A DNA stretch of 63,577 nucleotides, counting the filler, from Actinomycetota bacterium (GTDB lineage Bacteria; Actinomycetota; CADDZG01; JAHWKV01; JAOPZY01): assembly GCA_025963875.1 (NCBI GenBank). It is 7 parts of 7 records of this genome, joined end to end, with 100 filler letters (N's around TTAATTAATTAA, not from the genome) between each part and the next. Parts side by side here need not be neighbours in the genome. Positions count along the whole stretch, not along the records: positions 31,238 to 53,090 come from JAOPZY010000151.1; 6 more parts are not named here. One strand, written 5' to 3'. The notes beneath the pieces are model-generated. The model ran no database searches, was not told where the DNA came from, and saw nothing but the letters and a program-made list of their open reading frames with translations. The first letter of the stretch is position 1. Each line of letters opens with the position of its first letter. Shown in pieces: positions 38,588 to 47,099 of the stretch. A program made the translations under genes and the position numbers.

Positions 38588-39145
38588 CTGAAGATCTACA
38601 CCAAGACCGGGGACGACGGCAGCACCGGTCTTCTCTACGGGGGCCGGGTCGCCAAGGACGACCTCCGCACCGAGACCTACGGCGGCACGGACGAAGCGGT
38701 AGCGGCCCTCGGCCTCGCCCGCTCCCTGCAACCCGCCGCCGACGGCCTCGCCGACCTGCTGCTCGACCTCCAGCGCCAGCTCTTCGTCGTGGGGGCCGAG
38801 CTCGCCACCGCCAACGAGAACGCCGCCAAGCTCCGGCCGGGCATCTCGAAGGTGACCGAGGACATGGTCGCCGCCCTGGAGTCCTCGATCGACCGCCTCA
38901 CCGCCGTCGCTCCGCTGCCCGACTACTTCGTCGTGCCGGGCGGCTGCCCGGTGAGCGCCGCCCTCGACCTGGCACGGTCGGTGGTCCGCCGCTCCGAACG
39001 CTCGGCCGTCGCCATGCAGCGGGAGGGCCTGCTGCCCGACCCGGTCGTGCTGCGCTACCTCAACCGGCTGTCGGACCTCCTGTTCGTCGCCGCACGCTAC
39101 GAGGAGAAGGCCCGGGGCCTCCAGGCCCCGCCGAGCCACGACTGA
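38588..39145 (+). CDS. PduO-type ATP:cob(I)alamin adenosyltransferase, CTG start
   Basis: KIYTKTGDDGSTGL, YGGTDE, ARSVVRRSER, YLNRLSDLLF; the only possible start after the in-frame TAG at 38573 is CTG. Confidence 0.9.
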   Translation: MKIYTKTGDDGSTGLLYGGRVAKDDLRTETYGGTDEAVAALGLARSLQPAADGLADLLLDLQRQLFVVGAELATANENAAKLRPGISKVTEDMVAALESSIDRLTAVAPLPDYFVVPGGCPVSAALDLARSVVRRSERSAVAMQREGLLPDPVVLRYLNRLSDLLFVAARYEEKARGLQAPPSHD

Positions 39146-39208
39146 AGAATAGGGCGGGTGAGATTTTCCCCGAATACCGACGACTTGTTCACCCACCAAC
39201 GGCGGTAG

Positions 39209-41749
39209 CTACCCAGCGGCGGCGATGTCGCAGGCCCGGGCCCGCAAGGAGCGCTGGATGGCGTCCTTGCCCTCCCGCAGCAGGCGTTGCGCCGGGGCCG
39301 GGGGGTTGAACGTGGCGATGTAGTCGTCGGTCATCGCCACGATGTCCTCCCGCACGAGCATCCTCGGGTACATGCCGTTGGTGAAGCCGATGGCGACCTC
39401 CAGGCTGCGGGTCTCGAACATAGGGCCGATTTGCTCGAAGTACTTCGCCGCATAGGGCTCGAGCAGCGGCTCCTGGTCTGGCTGCTGGAACCCGCCCATC
39501 AGCGCCCTCATCGTCGCGAAGGTCACCGACGGATCGAGGATCTGTTCCCAGGCGGCCGCCTTGGCCTCCGGCGTGGGCATCGCCGCACGGGCGGCGGCGG
39601 CGTGGCGGGCGCCTGCGTCGGTCGGGTCGCGCCGGAGCTCCTCCTCGATGAGCCCCTCATCAGCGGCCCCCGCGGCGGCGAGGTACCGGACGAAGGTCCA
39701 GCGAAGCTCCGTGTCCATCACGAGGCCCTCGACGGTCACTGTCGCATCCAGCAGCCCCCGGGCGGCCGCGACGTGCTCGGCGCTCCGGGCGAACCCGGCG
39801 AAGGCCCGTGCCCAGGCGAGCTGGTGGTCGCTGCCCGGCGCCGCAGCCCCGAGGTGCTCCCAGGCGGCAGTTGCGAGCGAATCCAGCGCGGCGTCGTGGT
39901 TGGCGGGGTCGCCGTAGAAGTGGACGGCGGAGCCTGCCTGGCTGAGCAGCGTCTCCGCCACCGCCACCTGGGTCTCGCCGTCGACGTTGCCCAGGACGAG
40001 GCGCACGTAGGCCCGGGTGGCCAGCTCCGCATCCCGGACCATGTCCCACGTCGCAGCCCACGACAGCGCCCTGGGCAGGGAGTCCGAGAGGTCTTTGAGC
40101 CGGCGGGTGAGGGTGGCGAACGAAGCGTCGTCAAGGCGGATCTTGGCGTAGGTCAGGTCGTCGTCGTTCAGGAGCACCAGCTCGGGCACCGCGTCGCCCG
40201 CCAGCTCGGGCACCTCGGTCTCCCGCCCCACCACGTCGAGCTCCAGGCGCCTGCGGCGGACCAGACGGCCGTCGCCGTCGCCGCTGTCGTCGTAGAGGCC
40301 CACGGCCAGGCGGTGCGACCGCAGCGTCGGGTAGTCGGGCGGCGCCTCCTGCAGGATCGCGAACGAGCGGAACCTTCCCTCCTCGATGCTGGCTGCCGGC
40401 CGAAGCGTGTTCACCCCCGCGGTCTCCAGCCACTCCTTCGACCAGGCCTGCAGGTCCCGTCCCGAGCTCTCCGCCAGGGCCTCGAGGAAGTCGTCCAGCG
40501 TCGTGTTGCCGAAGGCATGCTGGCGGAAGTAGTTCCGGACGCCCGCCGTGAACGCCTCCTCGCCCACCCACGCCACGAGCTGGCGCAGCACCGACGCGCC
40601 CTTCGCATAGGTGATCCCGTCGAAGTTGACCTTCACCGACTCGATGTCGGGCATGTCGGCCACGATGGGATGGGTCGAGGGGAGCTGGTCCTGGCGGTAG
40701 GCCCAGGTCTTCCAGTCGGCCGAGAACGTGGTGAACGCGCTCGTGAACCTCGTCGCCCGCACCAGCGCGACTAGGGACATGTAGGTGGCGAAGCTCTCGT
40801 TGAGCCAGAGGTCGTCCCACCAGCGCATCGTGACGAGGTCGCCGAACCACATGTGGGCCATCTCGTGGAGGATCGTGTCCGCCCTCGCCTCCCGGGTGGC
40901 CTCGGTCACCCTCGACCGGAAGATGTGGCGCTCCGAGAACGTGACCAGGCCGGCGTTCTCCATGGCGCCGGCGTTGAATTCCGGGCAGAAGGCCTGGTCG
41001 TACTTGCCGAACACGTAGGGGTAGGCGAACTCCTCGGCGAAGAAGTCGAAGCCCCGCTTGGTGATGTCGAAGATCTCCTCCGCGTCCAGGTACCTGGCGA
41101 GCGACTGCCGGCAGAGGAGGGCCAGGTCGATGGCGCCGTGGCGGTCGTTGACGACGTGGAAGTTCCCGGCGACGACTGCCGTGATGTACGTCGACATCTT
41201 CGGCGTCCTGGCGAACTGCCACCACCCGCCGGTGGCCGGGTCGGGGACGTGGGTGGCCGGGCCGTTCGACGAGACGTGCCACCCGGCGGCGGCCCGCACC
41301 GAGAACTCGAACGTGCCCTTGAGGTCCGGCTGGTCGAAGCACGGGTAGACCCGGTGGATGTCGTACGGCTCGGCGTCGGTGTGGCAGTAGACGGCGCCGT
41401 CCACGGGGTCGACGAAGCGGTGCATGCCGACCCCGTCGTGCTGGAAGGCGGAGCGGCCCTTGACCTTGAGAACGTTGTTCTTCTCAAGGCCGGTGAGCCG
41501 GATGCGGTGGCCGTCGAAGGCTTCGAGCCCCACCGGACGCCCATTGAGCTCGATGCTCGTCACCACCGGGGCGAAGTACTCGACGAAGCTCTCGGACCCC
41601 GGGCTGGAGCAGTCGAAGACGATCTCGGTCATGCAGCCGAACGTCTCGGCATCGGCGTCGAGAAGATCGAGGGATACCAGATACGCCGGGCCGGAGATCA
41701 GCCCGGCGCGCTCCGATGCTTCGTGCCGCGTCAGGTTATTCAGGGACAC
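39209..41749 (-). CDS. pepN: Aminopeptidase N (M1, Streptomyces type)
   Basis: CFDQPDLK, GAMENAG, HEMAHMWFGDLVT, NESFA, ITYAKG. Confidence 0.95.
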   Translation of the reverse strand: MSLNNLTRHEASERAGLISGPAYLVSLDLLDADAETFGCMTEIVFDCSSPGSESFVEYFAPVVTSIELNGRPVGLEAFDGHRIRLTGLEKNNVLKVKGRSAFQHDGVGMHRFVDPVDGAVYCHTDAEPYDIHRVYPCFDQPDLKGTFEFSVRAAAGWHVSSNGPATHVPDPATGGWWQFARTPKMSTYITAVVAGNFHVVNDRHGAIDLALLCRQSLARYLDAEEIFDITKRGFDFFAEEFAYPYVFGKYDQAFCPEFNAGAMENAGLVTFSERHIFRSRVTEATREARADTILHEMAHMWFGDLVTMRWWDDLWLNESFATYMSLVALVRATRFTSAFTTFSADWKTWAYRQDQLPSTHPIVADMPDIESVKVNFDGITYAKGASVLRQLVAWVGEEAFTAGVRNYFRQHAFGNTTLDDFLEALAESSGRDLQAWSKEWLETAGVNTLRPAASIEEGRFRSFAILQEAPPDYPTLRSHRLAVGLYDDSGDGDGRLVRRRRLELDVVGRETEVPELAGDAVPELVLLNDDDLTYAKIRLDDASFATLTRRLKDLSDSLPRALSWAATWDMVRDAELATRAYVRLVLGNVDGETQVAVAETLLSQAGSAVHFYGDPANHDAALDSLATAAWEHLGAAAPGSDHQLAWARAFAGFARSAEHVAAARGLLDATVTVEGLVMDTELRWTFVRYLAAAGAADEGLIEEELRRDPTDAGARHAAAARAAMPTPEAKAAAWEQILDPSVTFATMRALMGGFQQPDQEPLLEPYAAKYFEQIGPMFETRSLEVAIGFTNGMYPRMLVREDIVAMTDDYIATFNPPAPAQRLLREGKDAIQRSLRARACDIAAAG

Positions 41750-41752
41750 GCA

Positions 41753-42358
41753 TTAGCCTAACGTGAGGGTGGCCTGGAGGGCAGGGTAGGTGATGTGGCC
41801 CCCGTCGACGACGAGGAAGGACGTGAGCGGGTGCGGCTCCCGGTGGCCGCCCGGCTCGCCGTCGGGGCGCCGGGGCAGGATGTGGCGCACGCGCCAGCCG
41901 GCGACGACCAGGGCGTCGGACAGCAGGCGCCGGTGACACCGCCGCCAGTCGGCCTCGGCACACATGAGCGCGGTCGGCCGCTGGGCGGCGAGGCGGGTGA
42001 CGCGCTCGAGTCCCTCGGCGAACTCCGGGGTCGCCATGTAGTCGGCATAGCCGCGGAACGCGTCGTTGTCCCACCCGTCGTTGGAGGATCCCTCCGTCGG
42101 CTGGCGCAGGCCTCCGACCTCGGGGACGTGGGCGTAGCCGAAGCCCTCCGCCCGCAGGGCTGCCCGGATGGCGTCCATGTCGAACTGCGGGTTGCGCCGG
42201 GACCGTGGCAGGGTCCGGACATCGAGCACCTGCTCGATCCGGTTGCGCCGGAGCAGCGTGGTGAAGGCGGGCAGGTTGTGGGTGGAGTGGCCGATCGTGA
42301 AGACATCCGCTCCCTGCGTTGTGGCCCGCGTGGCCGGTGGTGTGCCTGGGGGAGTCAC
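41753..42358 (-). CDS. DUF488 family protein
   Basis: FTIGHST, DVRTLPRSR, GYADYM, MCAE..CHR; GTGA-coupled. Confidence 0.88.
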   Translation of the reverse strand: MTPPGTPPATRATTQGADVFTIGHSTHNLPAFTTLLRRNRIEQVLDVRTLPRSRRNPQFDMDAIRAALRAEGFGYAHVPEVGGLRQPTEGSSNDGWDNDAFRGYADYMATPEFAEGLERVTRLAAQRPTALMCAEADWRRCHRRLLSDALVVAGWRVRHILPRRPDGEPGGHREPHPLTSFLVVDGGHITYPALQATLTLG

Positions 42359-43041
42359 GACCGTGCGGGCAGCCCCTCGCCCGGCGGCGCGATGACTTCG
42401 GTGGAGGCGGCCGCCGGAGCCGGTTCCGCCACCGCCGCACGAAGGTCGGCAAAGGTGGTCCGGGCCTCGCGGCGCTCCGCCTCCTCCCGGAGGACCCGGC
42501 GCTCGAGCCTCGTGTGGAAACGGGCGCCCATCGCCCCGCCGAGCACGCTGGCGAGGAGGGCGATGGAGGCCCCCGACGCCACGAGGACCCAAAGCGACAG
42601 CAGGTACCGGATGTGGGGGTAACCGGCGGGCAGGTGGAGGTGCAGGTCGAGGCCCGGCCCCGGCCGGACCAGCATGGCGATACCCAGCCCCGCGGCGCCG
42701 ATCAGCCCGACCGCCAGCGCGCTCATCAGGCCGTTGAGCCAACCCTTGCCGCGCCCCATCCGTCCGGCGGTGTACCCGCCCCAGGCGAAGGTGAGGAGCA
42801 GGCCGGCGCCGATGCCGACCGCGGCGGTGAGCCCCGCGCCGTGCGACCCGCCGACCGGAAGGCGGTAGGGCTTGTAGCCGGCGTACGAGGCGACTGCCCT
42901 CGTGACGAGCGTGAAGAGCAGGGCCGCGGCATAGACGACCAGCGCCCCCGTGACCGCCGCTCCGATCGAGGGCCCGCCCCGGACGGCCAGCGGTTCAGGC
43001 GGGAGAACGGGTTCCTCGACGACCGTCGCGGTCGTGTCCAT
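42355..43041 (-). CDS. Multi-pass membrane protein (WGGYTAGRM type)
   Basis: Four hydrophobic segments; GGAGG SD. Confidence 0.65.
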   Translation of the reverse strand: MDTTATVVEEPVLPPEPLAVRGGPSIGAAVTGALVVYAAALLFTLVTRAVASYAGYKPYRLPVGGSHGAGLTAAVGIGAGLLLTFAWGGYTAGRMGRGKGWLNGLMSALAVGLIGAAGLGIAMLVRPGPGLDLHLHLPAGYPHIRYLLSLWVLVASGASIALLASVLGGAMGARFHTRLERRVLREEAERREARTTFADLRAAVAEPAPAAASTEVIAPPGEGLPARS

Positions 43042-43116
43042 GCCTCGCCTCCTTCGGCTCGGGCCGGGCCTCGCGGCAGGCGAACGACCCTTCCTACTCC
43101 GCAAAGTCCCCGACGC

Positions 43117-43154
43117 GTTTGGCCTTCAAACATTAGTGTTTGGCCTTTCAACAT
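43117..43154. promoter_or_regulatory. Tandem 17-bp direct repeat with 21-bp period
   Basis: GTTTGGCCTTCAAACAT / GTTTGGCCTTTCAACAT in an AT-richer divergent intergenic region. Confidence 0.5.
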
Positions 43155-43351
43155 AAGCCCGAGTAGTGTGAATGGGCCGGATATCGGCTGCGCTGCGTTT
43201 GTCCGACCGTGACCCTGGGAATTAATTCCTTACAGGGAGCGAACTACTCGGCTCCCCCGCGGCCTTGCGCCGCCGCCCGAGTCCGGGGCCCCCCGCCGGG
43301 CTTGGCGGCGGCGCTAGGTTGCGGTGGCCCGACTCCACCTAGACTGCCGGG

Positions 43352-43765
43352 ATGAAAAGCGCCCGGCTTCGGCTCGACACCGGAGCCCGTCGCGCCATCG
43401 TCGACATCACCGGCGAGGTGGCGGCCTTCGTCCGGGCAGAGACCGACGGGCTCCTGAACATCTCCGTCCCGCACGCCACGGCGGGCCTCGTCCTGATGGA
43501 GCTCGGCTCCGGCAGCGAGCAGGACCTCTGGGACCGCCTCGGCTTCCTGCTCCCGAAGGACCACCACTACGTCCACCACCACGGGACGCCCGGCCACGGC
43601 GCCGACCACCTCCTCCCTGCGTTCATCTCGCCCACGCTGACCCTGCCGGTGTTCGGGGGCCGGGTGTCGCTCGGCACGTGGCAGTCGATCGCACTCGTCG
43701 ACCCCAACGTCGACAATCCCCATCGCGAGGTCGTCCTGGCCTTCCTGCGCAGTGCCGACGGCTGA
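43352..43765 (+). CDS. yjbQ: YjbQ/UPF0047 family protein
   Basis: VPHATAG, HGADH, LGTWQSIALVD. Confidence 0.88.
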   Translation: MKSARLRLDTGARRAIVDITGEVAAFVRAETDGLLNISVPHATAGLVLMELGSGSEQDLWDRLGFLLPKDHHYVHHHGTPGHGADHLLPAFISPTLTLPVFGGRVSLGTWQSIALVDPNVDNPHREVVLAFLRSADG

Positions 43766-44510
43766 GCGCCGGGCGGGAGCCGCCGAGGGCGACGCTGCAA
43801 CGCTGCGTGCGCTGGCCGTGGACGTGGCCCGGGAGGCGGGCACCCTGCTGGCCAAGGCCCGCCCGACCGGGCAGAGCTCGAAGTCGTCGCCCACCGACAT
43901 CGTCACGGACGCCGACCGGGCCGCCGAGGAGCTGATCGTCGGCCGGCTGCGGGCGGAGCGCCCCGACGACTCGCTGCTCGCCGAGGAGGGGTCGCTGCAT
44001 ACCGGCACCACCGGCAACACGTGGGTCATCGACCCCCTCGACGGCACCGTCAACTTCATCTACGGCATCCCGCACTGGGCGGTGTCGATCGGCCTCGAGG
44101 GCGGGGTCCGCCTCGGCGTGATCTACGACCCGAGCCGCGGGGAGCTGTTCACCGACGACAGCGTGCTCACCCCGAGCTCCCAGACCGACCTGGCGCAGTC
44201 GCTCATCGCGACGGGGTTCTCCTACTCGGCCGAGACCCGGGCCCGCCAGGGCGCCGTCGTCGCCCGTGTGGTCCCCAAGGTGCGGGACATCCGACGGGGC
44301 GGGAGCCTGGCCCTCGACCTCGCATGGACCGCCTGCGGCCGGCTCGACGCCATGTACGAGCACGACACCCACCCCTGGGATCTGAGCGCCGGCACGGCCA
44401 TGCTCGAGGCCGCCGGGGGAGCGGTGAAGATCACCGGGAGCATGATCATCGCCGCGGGCAACGAGACGCTGCTTCACCGGCTCGAGGAGCTGGTCCTCGA
44501 CGGGGCGTGA
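43752..44510 (+). CDS. Inositol monophosphatase family (SuhB-like)
   Basis: DIVTDADR, AEEG, WVIDPLDGTVNF, PWDLSAG. Confidence 0.92.
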   Translation: MPTAERRAGAAEGDAATLRALAVDVAREAGTLLAKARPTGQSSKSSPTDIVTDADRAAEELIVGRLRAERPDDSLLAEEGSLHTGTTGNTWVIDPLDGTVNFIYGIPHWAVSIGLEGGVRLGVIYDPSRGELFTDDSVLTPSSQTDLAQSLIATGFSYSAETRARQGAVVARVVPKVRDIRRGGSLALDLAWTACGRLDAMYEHDTHPWDLSAGTAMLEAAGGAVKITGSMIIAAGNETLLHRLEELVLDGA

Positions 44511-44598
44511 CGGCGTTCTTGTATAACCACTCGCACCCGTCTCGACCTCCGGAGGTAACCGTGCCGCTCCAACCGCTCGCTTCGGCGACCGGCGCCTG

Positions 44599-45462
44599 AT
44601 GCCGGCGACCGTCGGCGAGCTCCTCGACGGGGCCGAGGCGCAGATCAAGGCCTCCGAGGCCATCGAGCTGTGGCGTCCCTACATGGCCCGGCTCGAGGCC
44701 GCGTCCCTGCTCGGCTTCGTCATCGGCCATGACCCGGAGGACGCCGGCGAGGTCGTCCCGGCCGCCGCCCACCGTCGCTTCGACGCCCTGATCGCCCGGC
44801 GCATCACGGGCGAACCCGCCGCCCTCATCATCGGGACGACGAGCTTCCGCGGCCTGGAGCTGCGGACGAGGGCCGGCGTCTTCATCCCCCGGAGCTCGAG
44901 CGAGTCCCTCGCCGGGGAGGCCGTCCGCCGGCTGCGCCGTCGCAAGCGGCCCGTCGCCGTCGACGTCGCCACGGGCAGCGGCCCCGTCGCCCTGGCCGTT
45001 GGGTCGGAGGTCCCCGCGGCGAGGGTCTTCGGCGTCGACATCTCGCCCCCGGCTCTGTCCCTCGCCCGCGCCAACGCCAAGCGGCTGCACATCCCCAACG
45101 TGACGTTCCTGCGCAGCGACGTGCTCTCCGCGCTGCCGAAGGACCTCGCGCACGGGGTGGATGTCTTCACGGTCCACCCGCCGTATGTCGCCCGGAGCAT
45201 GATGAGCGACCTGCCGGCGGAGATCCGAGAGTTCGAACCGGAGACCTCGCTGACCGATCAGTCGGAGGACGGGCTCGGCCTGGTGCGGGCGCTCGTCGAC
45301 CAGGCGCCGCGGTGGATCCGGACCGGGGGCTGGATGCTGGTGGAGGTGAGCCCCGACCTGTCCCGGCGGGTGGGGGCCCTCCTGCGCCGCAACGGCTACC
45401 GGGACGTCAAGAGCCACAAGGACTCCCTGGGCGCCACCCGGGTGATCGCGGGCCGCCGTTAG
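44599..45462 (+). CDS. HemK/PrmC-family N-methyltransferase (HPPY variant)
   Basis: RRITGEP, VFIPR, DVATGSG, HPPY in place of NPPY, FEP..L..DGL. Confidence 0.8.
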   Translation: MPATVGELLDGAEAQIKASEAIELWRPYMARLEAASLLGFVIGHDPEDAGEVVPAAAHRRFDALIARRITGEPAALIIGTTSFRGLELRTRAGVFIPRSSSESLAGEAVRRLRRRKRPVAVDVATGSGPVALAVGSEVPAARVFGVDISPPALSLARANAKRLHIPNVTFLRSDVLSALPKDLAHGVDVFTVHPPYVARSMMSDLPAEIREFEPETSLTDQSEDGLGLVRALVDQAPRWIRTGGWMLVEVSPDLSRRVGALLRRNGYRDVKSHKDSLGATRVIAGRR

Positions 45463-45468
45463 CCGGCT

Positions 45469-45507
45469 GGGGCGGATTGTTCCCGCCTACCGAGAAGAAT
45501 CCGCCCC
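45469..45507. terminator. Hairpin between convergent genes
   Basis: GGGGCGGATT...AATCCGCCCC. Confidence 0.5.
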
Positions 45508-45509
45508 GC

Positions 45510-46085
45510 TCAGTCCCAGCCCTGCCAGGTGGTCCGCTCGGCGGCGTCGGTGCGGGGCTTGGGCGGCGGCGGATCCTCCTGGGCCGGGTGGCCGAGGTAG
45601 ATGAACCCGGCGACCTCCTCCCCGGGAGCCAGGCCGAGATGCTCGGCCACCGCCGGGTCCGTGGCAGCGGGCCCGGTCCGCAGGAAGCCGGCGAGGCCCC
45701 GGGCGTGGGCCGCGAGGAGGACATTCTGCATGGCGGCGCCGACCGAGTAACGGTCCTCGTTCTCGACGGCCTTGGGATTGGTGGAGGGCGTGTAGACGGC
45801 CGTCAGGATGACCGGCGCCCGCAGCGGCCTGCCCTCCTCGAACTGCACCTTCTCCTCCAGCCGGGGGTCGCTCGCCAGCTCCCTGCGCACGCGCCGGCCC
45901 ATGACCTCGCCCAGTTCGTGGCGCGCAGGGCCCGCCAGGACGATGAAGCGCCACGGCTCGGTCAGGTGGTGGTTGGGGGCCCGGACGGCGGCGTCGAGCA
46001 GGGCCTCGACGTCGGCGCGCTCGGGCCGCTCGTCGGTGACGGCGCCGATGCTGCGGCGGCTCATGATCGCCTCGTAGGCCTCCAA
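45510..46085 (-). CDS. Nitroreductase (YdjA-like)
   Basis: SRRS, RAPNHHLTEPWRF, QNVLLAAHARGL. Confidence 0.88.
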   Translation of the reverse strand: MEAYEAIMSRRSIGAVTDERPERADVEALLDAAVRAPNHHLTEPWRFIVLAGPARHELGEVMGRRVRRELASDPRLEEKVQFEEGRPLRAPVILTAVYTPSTNPKAVENEDRYSVGAAMQNVLLAAHARGLAGFLRTGPAATDPAVAEHLGLAPGEEVAGFIYLGHPAQEDPPPPKPRTDAAERTTWQGWD

Positions 46086-46171
46086 CGCACTCCCGCCTTT
46101 CCAGTGGGTCCCCGGTCGGGCGTCACGATAGCTCCGGGATGGCGGACCCGTGCGGCGCATAGACTTCCCCG

Positions 46172-47095
46172 ATGGGCCTACGCCGCGACCCCAGGCCGGA
46201 CGTCGGGCGGGACTTCATGAGCTATGTCCTGCCGAGGACCGTCGTGGGCCTGGCGCTCTGGGTCCTGATCTTCGCCATCGGGGCCGGCGCATCCGGCGTC
46301 GTCTTCTTCATCGCCTACGAACGGCGCCTGACCGGGCTCGAGTCCAGGATCACGTCGGTGCAGTCCGACTTCGAACAGCGGCTCGCCGACGCAGTCGCGC
46401 AGCTCCAGCAAGCCGACCGGGCGAACGCGGTGACCGGCACCGGGGCGGCGGGACCGGTCGCCCAGGCCAACCGCCTGATCGCGACGGTCGGCCCCTCGCT
46501 CGTCACGGTCCAGGGCACCGACGCCGCTGGGGGCAGGACGTCGGGGTCCGGGTTCGTCATGAACTCGAACGCCAACCAATCGTGGGTCATCACCAACTAC
46601 CACCTCGTCGCGGGATCGATCGCCGCGGCCCAGGGCGTCCCAGCCCCGGTCACGCCCACGGACGTGGCCCCGCCGGTGGCAGGGTTGACCCCGAGGGTGA
46701 CCGTGCACCTCGGCGGGTCCGACCGCACCGGCACGGTCTACAGCTGGGACGCTCCGCACGACCTCGCTCTCGTCGTCGTCGGCATCGGCAAGGTCCCTGC
46801 GCTGGCGTTCTCCAGCGCCGTCCCCAGCGAGGGCCTGCCGGTCTGGGCAGTCGGCGTCGCCGACGGCCCGGTCGGCGCCGCAGCCTCGAAGGGCAAGCTC
46901 ATCGGCCCGATGCCCGAGAGCTACGCGACCGATGCGGTGTTCGGCGCCCGAGCCTCCGGTGGCCCGCTGGTGGACACGGAGGGCAAGGTCGTGGGGGTGC
47001 TGACGGCGACGGCCACCGTGACTCCCGCGCCCCCCACCGGTACCGCGGTCCCGGTGCGCCTGGCCTGCATCGAGGTCGTGGTCTGCCCCCGCTGA
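46172..47095 (+). CDS. Membrane-anchored trypsin-like (S1C) serine protease without PDZ
   Basis: TM helix, GSGFV, ITNYHLV (His), DLALV (Asp), ASGGPL (Ser). Confidence 0.8.
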   Translation: MGLRRDPRPDVGRDFMSYVLPRTVVGLALWVLIFAIGAGASGVVFFIAYERRLTGLESRITSVQSDFEQRLADAVAQLQQADRANAVTGTGAAGPVAQANRLIATVGPSLVTVQGTDAAGGRTSGSGFVMNSNANQSWVITNYHLVAGSIAAAQGVPAPVTPTDVAPPVAGLTPRVTVHLGGSDRTGTVYSWDAPHDLALVVVGIGKVPALAFSSAVPSEGLPVWAVGVADGPVGAAASKGKLIGPMPESYATDAVFGARASGGPLVDTEGKVVGVLTATATVTPAPPTGTAVPVRLACIEVVVCPR

Positions 47096-47099
47096 AGCC

